Shown here: positions 7,932 through 15,041 of the stretch, one piece after another
How positions within the stretch are numbered: the first letter of the stretch is position 1
Layout of the letters: the number at the start of each line of letters is the position of its first letter
Assembly: GCF_020969955.1 (NCBI RefSeq)
Contig: NZ_JAHDSX010000034.1
Location: 1-25,598 of the forward strand
Length of the DNA stretch: 25,598 nucleotides
Origin: Allobaculum fili
Lineage (GTDB): Bacteria > Bacillota_I > Bacilli_A > Erysipelotrichales > Erysipelotrichaceae
Direction: 5' to 3'
The notes under the pieces: model-generated
What the model saw: the letters and a program-made list of their open reading frames with translations, nothing else
Told to the model about the DNA's origin: nothing
The model's database searches: none
Program-made: the position numbers and the translations under genes

Positions 7932-8681
7932 ATGGCTAAAATTGTACAGACTGCGGGCCGCAATGCCCTTGGCGAATTTGCACCGGACTTTGCCCGCTAT
8001 AACGATGACATTCTCTTTGGAGAGGTCTGGAACGACCCGCCCCTTCCTCCCAAAACACGCAGCATGATCGTCATCTCCATCTTCATGGGACGCGGTCTCT
8101 GCGACGCTTCTCTGGATCACCATCTCGGCTTCGCGAAAGAAAACGGCGTAACAAAAGAAGAAATTTCCGCGCTGATTACCCAGGGCGGCTTCTATGCCGG
8201 CTGGCCGGTAGCCTGGGCCGTATTCAACCACGCCAAAGCGATCTGGAACGACGAACCCGAAGCCAGGGATTCCAGCAAAGATGCCGCACTGGCGGCTTAC
8301 GCGAAGACCATCTTCTTCCCGGTTGGAAAGCCAAACGATGCCTATGCGCAGTATTTTGACGGCCGCAGCTGGCTGGCTCCCGTTTCCGGCGGACCGCTTC
8401 CGATTTCCAACGTTACCTTTGAACCGGGATGCAAAAACCACTGGCATGTTCACCACGCGAAAACCGGCGGCGGTCAGGTTCTGATCTGCGTCGGCGGAAG
8501 AGGCTGGTATCAGGAATGGGGCAAAGATCCCGTAGAAATGACACCGGGAACCATCATCGAAATCCCCGCCAGCGTTAAGCACTGGCATGGTGCTGCCAAC
8601 GATTCCTGGTTCTCTCACCTTGCCTTTGAAATTCCAGGAACAGACTGCTCAACCGAATGGCTCGAGCCGGTTGCCGACTAG
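7932..8681 (+). CDS. Fusion of a carboxymuconolactone decarboxylase (AhpD-like) domain and a cupin domain, 249 aa
   Basis: The N-terminal half reads FGEVWNDPPLPPKTRSMIVIS...ENGVTKEEISALITQGGFYAGWPVAW (CMD pattern). The C-terminal half reads GCKNHWHVHH...GQVLICVGGRGWYQ...IPASVKHWHGA (cupin His motifs). The ribosome-binding site is AGGAAAGGA. Confidence 0.85.
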   Translation: MAKIVQTAGRNALGEFAPDFARYNDDILFGEVWNDPPLPPKTRSMIVISIFMGRGLCDASLDHHLGFAKENGVTKEEISALITQGGFYAGWPVAWAVFNHAKAIWNDEPEARDSSKDAALAAYAKTIFFPVGKPNDAYAQYFDGRSWLAPVSGGPLPISNVTFEPGCKNHWHVHHAKTGGGQVLICVGGRGWYQEWGKDPVEMTPGTIIEIPASVKHWHGAANDSWFSHLAFEIPGTDCSTEWLEPVAD

Positions 8682-8737
8682 GATTTCCTGACTTCATCAA
8701 GAATCTCCTGTCTTACAAATCCCCCTTATATAAAATG

Positions 8738-8803
8738 AAACGCCCAGAGTTCCGGCTTTCCTTTCTGCAGAAGGAGAAGCGGACGCTCTGGGCGTTTTAT
8801 TTC
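8738..8803. terminator. Long hairpin terminator between the convergent CMD-cupin and HAD genes (probably bidirectional)
   Basis: The outer stem pairs aaacgcccagag (8738-8749) with ctctgggcgttt (8786-8797), with an imperfect inner helix. The plus strand has the T-rich tail ttttatttcgtt. Confidence 0.65.
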
Positions 8804-8883
8804 GTTCCTGTTTCTGTTTTTGCTTTGCATATCGCCAGCTTGCGTGCTGGACTTCCAAACTGCGCTGGCCGGGCAGTTACTGG

Positions 8884-9660
8884 CTATCTGGACTCGGCGT
8901 GCGGATTGTTTTGCAGACGAAGCAGAATGTCCACTGCTTCGGCAATGCCGCTTACGATATGCGTTGCCGCTTCCTGAACTTCCTTTGGACTGTCTGGAAA
9001 CGTAAAGGATACATCCGCTTCTTCCAGCATGCTCAGATCGTTGAAGGAATCGCCGATGGCCGCTGTAAAATCCCCGGGTTTTCCGATCTGTGCAGCGAGT
9101 GCTTTTAAGGCCGTTCCTTTCGTTACGCCCACGGGATTGAAATCCGCAAATCGCGAGTTCGCCACCGCGATGACATCGTCTCGCTTCTGGGTTTCTTTTA
9201 AGAGCTGAGCGCCTTCTGGAGTTATATGGGAAAAAGAAATGGCCAGAATGCGTGAGGGATCAAATTCGGAAGCCGAACGGACAATGCGCGTTGGAAAATC
9301 TGGATAATTTTTCTTCGGCGTACGAATCAGTTCATTTTCTCCATGGAAAATGAAGCCGACATCCGGCATGTCTTCGACCGCTTCCCGCACAAAAGCGGGA
9401 TCCAGAAAACGCTGGTACAAAATCCGACTGGAGCGATCGCACACCTGAGCTCCATTGGAAAAAATCCAGAAATCAAAATCCACTTTATGCTCGCTCATAT
9501 CTTCGAGCAGCCCTCTCATCGTCCGGGCACGGCCGGTTACCAGTCCAAACTGGTTTCCCGCTGCCTGAAAGCGGCGAATGGCTTTCGCGTCTTCTTCTCG
9601 AACGCCGCCCTGATGATGAAAATACAGCGTGTCATCAAAATCAGTTCCGAAAATAATCAT
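8884..9660 (-). CDS. HAD-superfamily hydrolase, subfamily IIB (Cof-like phosphatase), 258 aa
   Basis: The ORF spans 8884..9852. I moved the start to the ATG at 9660 (MIIFGTDFDDTLYF, HAD motif I DxD), preceded by GAGGAAAGAGAG. Motif IV is GDSFNDLSMLEEAD. The upstream 64 ORF codons are Arg/Gly-rich junk with no ribosome-binding site. Confidence 0.88.
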   Translation of the reverse strand: MIIFGTDFDDTLYFHHQGGVREEDAKAIRRFQAAGNQFGLVTGRARTMRGLLEDMSEHKVDFDFWIFSNGAQVCDRSSRILYQRFLDPAFVREAVEDMPDVGFIFHGENELIRTPKKNYPDFPTRIVRSASEFDPSRILAISFSHITPEGAQLLKETQKRDDVIAVANSRFADFNPVGVTKGTALKALAAQIGKPGDFTAAIGDSFNDLSMLEEADVSFTFPDSPKEVQEAATHIVSGIAEAVDILLRLQNNPHAESR

Positions 9661-9731
9661 TGCTCTTCTCTCTTTCCTCTCAATTCGAGTTTTTTCTCCC
9701 TGGATTAGCGTCTTTGATTGTTTCTTCGTGT

Positions 9732-10232
9732 CTACTTTCCGCTGCTTCCCAGGCGCCCAGCCTGGCGCAAAGACGGAATGGCCTGCAGTTCTTGAAGAGA
9801 AATCTCCTGCGTTTCCAGCTCTGGAATGACGAGGAGGACACCCTGCGCGCACGCCTTTTCGTACGGATACAGGATAAAGCCGGCTTTTTCGTCTTCGCTC
9901 ATCGCCGACAGAGCCGCTTTTTTGATAATGAGCAGCGGGCGATCGTTCACATTGGTGATCGGTACCATATATTCCCCGCGATAGCCGGAATCGATGACAC
10001 CGGCGCGAACGGACATGCCTTTCACTCCGGTACTTCCCCGTTCCTTGAGGAATAAAACATAATTGTCATCAAAAGCCGAAGCCACTCCAAGCGGAATCAG
10101 AACCGTGTGGAGCGGATCAATGCGCATAAAGTCTTCTTCAAAACACGGATACAAATCGTATCCGGCATCTTCCTGCCGCTTTGACGGGATCTGGGCATCT
10201 TCTCTGACTTTGGCCCAGTACAGTTTTTCCAT
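9732..10232 (-). CDS. dut: dUTP diphosphatase (trimeric dUTPase), 166 aa
   Basis: Motifs AGYDLY, RAGVIDSGYRGEY and C-terminal motif V RQAGRLGSSGK are present. An AAGGAGA ribosome-binding site lies 7 nt upstream of the ATG. Confidence 0.92.
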   Translation of the reverse strand: MEKLYWAKVREDAQIPSKRQEDAGYDLYPCFEEDFMRIDPLHTVLIPLGVASAFDDNYVLFLKERGSTGVKGMSVRAGVIDSGYRGEYMVPITNVNDRPLLIIKKAALSAMSEDEKAGFILYPYEKACAQGVLLVIPELETQEISLQELQAIPSLRQAGRLGSSGK

Positions 10233-10353
10233 AGTGAATCTCCTTATCGTAAATTGGAATCAAAAATCCTGAACTCTTCGCTGTCGATTTCCGTTCTGTT
10301 TCATTGTATAGGACACGCTTGGTCTGCGCGGTTCTGACCATTTGTTTCCCCAT

Positions 10354-10381
10354 AAAAAAATCCGGCGCTTTGCCGGATTTT
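10354..10381. terminator. Bidirectional rho-independent terminator
   Basis: The sequence is aaaaaaa-tccggc-gcttt-gccgga-tttt: a 6-bp GC stem flanked by an A-run and a T-run, immediately downstream of the minus-strand glycosylase gene. Confidence 0.75.
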
Positions 10382-10454
10382 ATCGTCAGATCTTTGATCG
10401 GATCCCGTCTGAACTTTTGTTTTTGACGGATTCCAGTCTTTGTTTATAGCCTGT

Positions 10455-10967
10455 CTAGCGAAGACCAAGCGCTCTGGCATAGGCCGCCATCAGCTTTTCG
10501 GTCGAATCGTACCAGAGATCGGCAGGCGAGGGCGACGGCACTTCGTAAGCCATGGCAGCAGCCTGTGCATCGGCTTCCTGCAAAAGCCGGTACGTATCGT
10601 GGCTGATGCAGACGATCCGACTGATTTTCGGATACTGTTTCAAAAAGGCATGGACATCATTGAGAACAATATCCTGCATCGTATCTTCCCGGCTTTCGTG
10701 GCGCAGGCACGACTGAATGACCGACCACAGCGCGATGTGATTTTTCGCAAGCAGATCGAGGCGCTCCTGCCTGGTTTTGGCTGGCATGTGATAAAGCGTG
10801 GACATCAGCGGCCAGAAGCGATTGCTGGTGTCCGCAAAATAAAACTGTTCCCGCTCGGAATCGACGCTTGGCATCGACATGAGAATGAGCGTGGTGCTTG
10901 TATCCGATACGACAGGCGCCAGGGCGTGAAATTCCTGGAGTTCCAGCTCATCGTACACGATGGACAC
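10455..10967 (-). CDS. Uracil-DNA glycosylase superfamily protein, DNA-deoxyinosine (hypoxanthine) glycosylase-like, 170 aa
   Basis: TLILMSMPSVDSEREQFYFADTSNRFWPLM matches, from memory, the (L)ILGSFPS...S....FYY.....N.FW signature of UDG family 6 / TIGR04274-type proteins. The start codon is GTG at 10967, with GGAAAGGGGA directly upstream. Confidence 0.68.
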   Translation of the reverse strand: MSIVYDELELQEFHALAPVVSDTSTTLILMSMPSVDSEREQFYFADTSNRFWPLMSTLYHMPAKTRQERLDLLAKNHIALWSVIQSCLRHESREDTMQDIVLNDVHAFLKQYPKISRIVCISHDTYRLLQEADAQAAAMAYEVPSPSPADLWYDSTEKLMAAYARALGLR

Positions 10968-11057
10968 TCCCCTTTCCCGGCCCGCATTCTGTCGGTTCCT
11001 TTTTCGGACAGGTGTCCTGTGATCCTGTCCAGAGGAAAGACAGCCCGGCCGTTATAT

Positions 11058-11100
11058 TTAAAAAGTCAGAAACGGGGCATGGACATTGTCCATGCCCCGT
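11058..11100 (-). terminator. Terminator after the small-protein gene triplet
   Basis: A 29-nt perfect palindrome acggggcatggacattgtccatgccccgt (11072-11100) is followed on the minus strand by UUUCUGACUUUUU. Confidence 0.7.
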
Positions 11101-11135
11101 AAGGGTCTTTTATTCGGTTTTGGATTGGCTTGCGC

Positions 11136-11396
11136 TTATTCAATAGCAGCCAGTGCTTTTTCTACGATAGCAATCTTGGCTTCTTCTGCTTTTGCGGCAG
11201 CAGCGTCGCCTTCGTCAGCATGACGTTTAGCCCAGCCTTTGAGGGATCCCATTCTGTCATCCAGACGATCTTTGGCAGTCTGTGCGTATTTGCCAGTTTC
11301 GTCGAAATGATCAACGAGGTCTTTTACGATTTCGTCACCATATGCAGTTCCGCCTACAGCGGCATTCAGTTTTGCTTCGAATTCGGATTTAGTCAT
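11136..11396 (-). CDS. Small charged alpha-helical protein of unknown family, paralog 1 (86 aa)
   Basis: I moved the start to the ATG at 11396 (MTKSEFEAKLNAAVGGTAYGD...), preceded by AGGAGA plus 7 nt. It shares the AAVGGT.YGD and KIAIVEKALAA motifs with the two upstream genes. Confidence 0.75.
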   Translation of the reverse strand: MTKSEFEAKLNAAVGGTAYGDEIVKDLVDHFDETGKYAQTAKDRLDDRMGSLKGWAKRHADEGDAAAAKAEEAKIAIVEKALAAIE

Positions 11397-11449
11397 GATT
11401 TTTATCTCCTGGATCAAACGATCTTTTTTATCGGTATAGGCCGGTACTC

Positions 11450-11713
11450 TTACTTCAGAGCGGCGAGAGCTTTTTCTACGATAGCGATCTTGTCGGCTTC
11501 GGCTGTAGCTTTAGCTTCTGCACCTGCATCTTTATGGATGCGCTCATACGCTTTCAGAACACCGAGTTTTTCGTCGAGACGGTCTTTCATGTTCTGTCCG
11601 TATTTCTTGTCAGCATCGTCATAGGTAGCTGCGGCTTCTTCCACAAGGGAATCACCATAAGCGGTGCCGCCGACTGCGGCTTTCAGTGTGCTGACGAGTT
11701 CTTCTTTGGTCAT
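11450..11713 (-). CDS. Small charged alpha-helical protein of unknown family, paralog 2 (87 aa)
   Basis: The protein begins MTKEELVSTLKAAVGGTAYGD... and has a GGGAGA ribosome-binding site. By hand alignment, 75 of 87 residues are identical to paralog 3, with many synonymous nucleotide differences. Confidence 0.82.
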   Translation of the reverse strand: MTKEELVSTLKAAVGGTAYGDSLVEEAAATYDDADKKYGQNMKDRLDEKLGVLKAYERIHKDAGAEAKATAEADKIAIVEKALAALK

Positions 11714-11863
11714 GATTGTATTCTCCCAATGAGCACAAACGAGCTCATTATCATGCCGGTTTTGCCGGTCGTCCTTCCATCCATGGGATGAAAGCGTTCA
11801 GGATCTGCCAGAACGGCATTTTCTGAACAAGGTATTCTTCAGGATGAACCTGTTGATGGTCTG

Positions 11864-12127
11864 TTATTTCAGAGCAGCGAGCGCTTTTTCAACGATCGCA
11901 ATCTTGTCGGCTTCGGCAGTGGCTTTCGCGTCTGCGCCGGCGTCTTTATGAATGCGTTCGTAGGCTTTCAGGATGCCAAGGCGTTCGTCCAGGCGATCTT
12001 TCATATCCTGTCCGTACTTTTTATCCTTATCGTCATACGTTACAGCTGCTTCGTCCACGAGCATGTCGCCGTAAGGCGTGCCTCCGACGGCTGCTTTCAA
12101 AGCATCAACTAACTGTTCTTTGGTCAT
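11864..12127 (-). CDS. Small charged alpha-helical protein of unknown family, paralog 3 (87 aa)
   Basis: I moved the start to the ATG at 12127 (MTKEQLVDALKAAVGGTPYGD...), preceded by AAGGAGG plus 8 nt. It lies 57 nt downstream of the rimO stop with no terminator between. Confidence 0.82.
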   Translation of the reverse strand: MTKEQLVDALKAAVGGTPYGDMLVDEAAVTYDDKDKKYGQDMKDRLDERLGILKAYERIHKDAGADAKATAEADKIAIVEKALAALK

Positions 12128-12184
12128 GGTCAACAACCTCCTTGAATGCAACCATGCCGCTCCATGAATTCTTCTGAGAGGAAC

Positions 12185-13474
12185 TTATCCCTCATAGATT
12201 CCAATCAGATCATATTGAGTGGCATCGGTAATGCGAACCGGAACGTACGTTCCGCATTCGACTGGAGAAGAGGCAGTGAAGATTACCTGACCATCCACTT
12301 CATCCGGGGCGTCCGCCATGGAACGTCCGCGATAGCGGCCGGTCAGCGCTTCCTGTTCTTCCACCAGAACTTCCATCACTTTCCCGATTTTGTTTCTGTT
12401 GCTTTCCTGACTGATTTCTTTCTGAACAGCCATCAGGCGGTTCAGACGGTCCGCGGCGATCGATTCATCAATCTGATCGTCCATTTTATCGGCCGGGGTA
12501 TCTTCTTCCCTCGAATAGGTGAAGGCGCCCAGTCTGTCCCAGCGAACCTCCCTGATAAAGTCCAGCAGTTCATTGAATTCTTCTTCCGTTTCAGAAGGGA
12601 ATCCGACAATCACAGTAGTTCGAAGCACTGCCTCCGGAAACATTGCTCGAATTTTGCGGGTGAGAGCGAGTACGTCCTCTTTCGTTCCCCGGCGATTCAT
12701 TTTCTTCAGTAGACGGTTGTTCGCATGCTGCATGGGGATATCGAAATACGGAACGACTTTTTTGCTGGCGCGCATGGCTTCGAGCAGGTCATCTTCGATT
12801 TCATCCGGATACATGTAAAGAATGCGAATCCAGTGAATGCCTTCGATGTCGTTGAGCTCACGAAGGAGATCGGCGAGCATCAGCTGACCGTAGTTGTCGA
12901 GGCCATATTTGGTCGTATCCTGAGCAATCAGGGTGAGCTCAGTGACACCGCTGGAAGCAAGGTATTCCGCTTCTTCCCTTACTTCATGTATAAGCTTACT
13001 GTGTTGATTTCCTCTTATCAAAGGAATTGCACAAAAAGCGCACCGGTTAGAGCAACCGTCGCTTACCTTTACATACGCGCTCCACGGGTTGCCGGAAATT
13101 GTCCGATACTGCTTTAGGTAAGGAACTTCGCTTTCCTGATTCAAAATATCTTTCAGAATGGCAGGCAGCTTGGCATAGTCCTTGAGCGGTACAACGGCGG
13201 CCACTTCCGGGATCTGTTCGCGCAGTTCCTTTTCATAGCGCTGAGCCAGGCAGCCGGTCACGATGACCTTGTCGGCATAGCGCGTCATTTCAAAAATGGT
13301 GCGGATGCTTTCTTCCTTGGCGGGGTTAATGAACCCGCACGTATTGACGATAATGGCTTCGGCATGGCGCGGATCCGAGACGAGAATATGGCCGGCTGCC
13401 TTCAGCATGCCCATCATTTCTTCGGAATCCACAAGGTTCTTGGAGCATCCAAGAGATACAAATCCAACTTTCAT
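12185..13474 (-). CDS. rimO: Ribosomal protein S12 methylthiotransferase RimO (radical-SAM MTTase with a TRAM domain), 429 aa
   Basis: The N-terminus MKVGFVSLGCSKNLVDSE is characteristic of RimO. It also has the radical-SAM CSNRCAFCAIP motif and a C-terminal TRAM-like domain (GKVMEVLVEE...VPVRITDA). I moved the start to the ATG at 13474, preceded by AAGGAGA. Confidence 0.9.
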   Translation of the reverse strand: MKVGFVSLGCSKNLVDSEEMMGMLKAAGHILVSDPRHAEAIIVNTCGFINPAKEESIRTIFEMTRYADKVIVTGCLAQRYEKELREQIPEVAAVVPLKDYAKLPAILKDILNQESEVPYLKQYRTISGNPWSAYVKVSDGCSNRCAFCAIPLIRGNQHSKLIHEVREEAEYLASSGVTELTLIAQDTTKYGLDNYGQLMLADLLRELNDIEGIHWIRILYMYPDEIEDDLLEAMRASKKVVPYFDIPMQHANNRLLKKMNRRGTKEDVLALTRKIRAMFPEAVLRTTVIVGFPSETEEEFNELLDFIREVRWDRLGAFTYSREEDTPADKMDDQIDESIAADRLNRLMAVQKEISQESNRNKIGKVMEVLVEEQEALTGRYRGRSMADAPDEVDGQVIFTASSPVECGTYVPVRITDATQYDLIGIYEG

Positions 13475-13722
13475 ACGTTCTCCTTTTCTGTGTTCTGTAT
13501 TCGGTGTCCGGGTTTTGCACAAACCCGTTTATTCAGGTTTTCGTTTGCGATCTTCTCCCGTTTGGGAGGAAGACTTCAGCCATCGGGTGCTTTTGCGCAG
13601 GATCTGGCCGACAGGAATCACTTTACCCTGTTTTTCCTTTAAAGTACGGTTTTTCGGCGCATGACCCTATTGGTTTGACTGCGCCGGTTTTGCGCAGTTT
13701 GAACTGGCTTGCAAAAATCAGA

Positions 13723-13754
13723 CCGGCATATAGAAAACCCGGCATATAGAAAAC
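13723..13754. repeat. Perfect tandem duplication of the 16-mer ccggcatatagaaaac
   Basis: Units 13723-13738 and 13739-13754 are identical. The second unit overlaps the 5' arm of the adjacent terminator hairpin. Confidence 0.9.
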
Positions 13755-13777
13755 AGGGAGATGGCTCCCTGTTTTCG
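13747..13777 (-). terminator. Rho-independent terminator after yhaM (the stem also reads as a terminator on the plus strand)
   Basis: A 10-bp stem pairs aaacagggag (13751-13760) with ctccctgttt (13765-13774) around a 4-nt loop, with U-rich tails on both strands. Confidence 0.7.
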
Positions 13778-13838
13778 TATCGTCTTTCGGTTTTTAATGC
13801 GAATCCTTCGGATTCTGGATTTTCCGGATTTTTGAATT

Positions 13839-15041
13839 CTAGAACGTCCAGACTTTTTCCTTGCTTCTTGGGCGGGAAGAACCCGTGTCCGAATCCCGGC
13901 GGGATCTGGAAGACGTTCTGGAGTCTTCTCCTTTTTTCCCGGTTTTTTCGGCTCTTTCGGCTCTTTCCGTTTTTGCAGCTTTTTCAGCCTGTTCCGGCTG
14001 CTGCTCTTGTCCCGACTGCGCTTTGGCCGCTTCGGAATCCGGCTTGTTCTGGGAACGGCCGGCCGTTTCCTTTTGCGTATTCAGGAAGTCCTGGGTGTAC
14101 GGACGGTGCGTGCTGTCGTCATCCCAGCTTTTGCGGTAGAACATCCGATTATCGAGACGCGGATTGCGCTGGGAGAAGGTTCCCGGGCTCAGCACTTCCA
14201 CCGCTTCATGAATCATGAACAGGCGGGCATCGAGATTGTCGATGGCACTGAGCGCTTCGGCTTCCGGAATCATCGGCAGAACCGGCGATCCATATTCGTG
14301 CTTGCCGTGGTGACTGAGCACCATGTGCTTGAGCAGCGCTGCTTCCTCGCTGTCTTCCAGACCGAGTTTCATGGCCGCGCGGTCAATATACTGCGCGCCC
14401 AGAGAAATGTGACCGACCAGATTGCCGGATGTGGAATATTCCGGAACGACCGGATCGGTATATTCTTCGACTTTGGCCGCATCGTGGAGCAGAACGCCCC
14501 CGAGCAGCAAGTCGTAGTTAAGCCATTCGTACAGATCGAGAAGGCTCTGCGCCAGATGCGCCATGGCCAGCGTATGCCAGGCCAGACCGCCCGGGCAGTG
14601 ATGATGGTTGCGCACGGCTGCCGGGAACGTGAAGAAGTCTTCCCAGTTTTCATCGAGAACCATGCGAACGATATCGTGAATCGCCTGGCTGGAAATGCCG
14701 TCAATCAGACGGTTGATTTCTTCTTCCATCGACTGCCGCGGCAGAGGAGCGCTTGGGGTATAGTCGACCGGGTTGCCCTCGATCTGACGAATCGAGAACA
14801 CGCGCAGCTGCCACGCGTTGCGGTAGCGCTTGAGTTCGCCGCTCACTTCGACGACCATGCCTTCTTTCCACTGACGGGCTTCTTCTTCGGTCAGATTCCA
14901 GTAGCGGGCGTCGAGCACGGCGCTGGAATCCTGAAGATCGAAGGAGAGGTAAGGCACGTTTTTATTGCTTCGCCCGATTTCACTGCGGGCGATCAGGCAG
15001 GGAAAGGTAATATTCCCTTCCGCAAGAAGTTCACTGATCAT
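13839..15041 (-). CDS. yhaM: 3'-5' exoribonuclease YhaM (OB-fold plus HD domain) with a ~90-aa low-complexity C-terminal tail, 400 aa
   Basis: It has an OB-fold N-terminus (YLSFDLQDSSAVLDARYWN...) and HD-domain motifs (AWHTLAMAHLA, LLHDAAK, VLSHHGKHEYGSP). The ATG overlaps the upstream stop codon (ATGA at 15038-15041). The ribosome-binding site is GGAGAG. Confidence 0.88.
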   Translation of the reverse strand: MISELLAEGNITFPCLIARSEIGRSNKNVPYLSFDLQDSSAVLDARYWNLTEEEARQWKEGMVVEVSGELKRYRNAWQLRVFSIRQIEGNPVDYTPSAPLPRQSMEEEINRLIDGISSQAIHDIVRMVLDENWEDFFTFPAAVRNHHHCPGGLAWHTLAMAHLAQSLLDLYEWLNYDLLLGGVLLHDAAKVEEYTDPVVPEYSTSGNLVGHISLGAQYIDRAAMKLGLEDSEEAALLKHMVLSHHGKHEYGSPVLPMIPEAEALSAIDNLDARLFMIHEAVEVLSPGTFSQRNPRLDNRMFYRKSWDDDSTHRPYTQDFLNTQKETAGRSQNKPDSEAAKAQSGQEQQPEQAEKAAKTERAERAEKTGKKGEDSRTSSRSRRDSDTGSSRPRSKEKVWTF

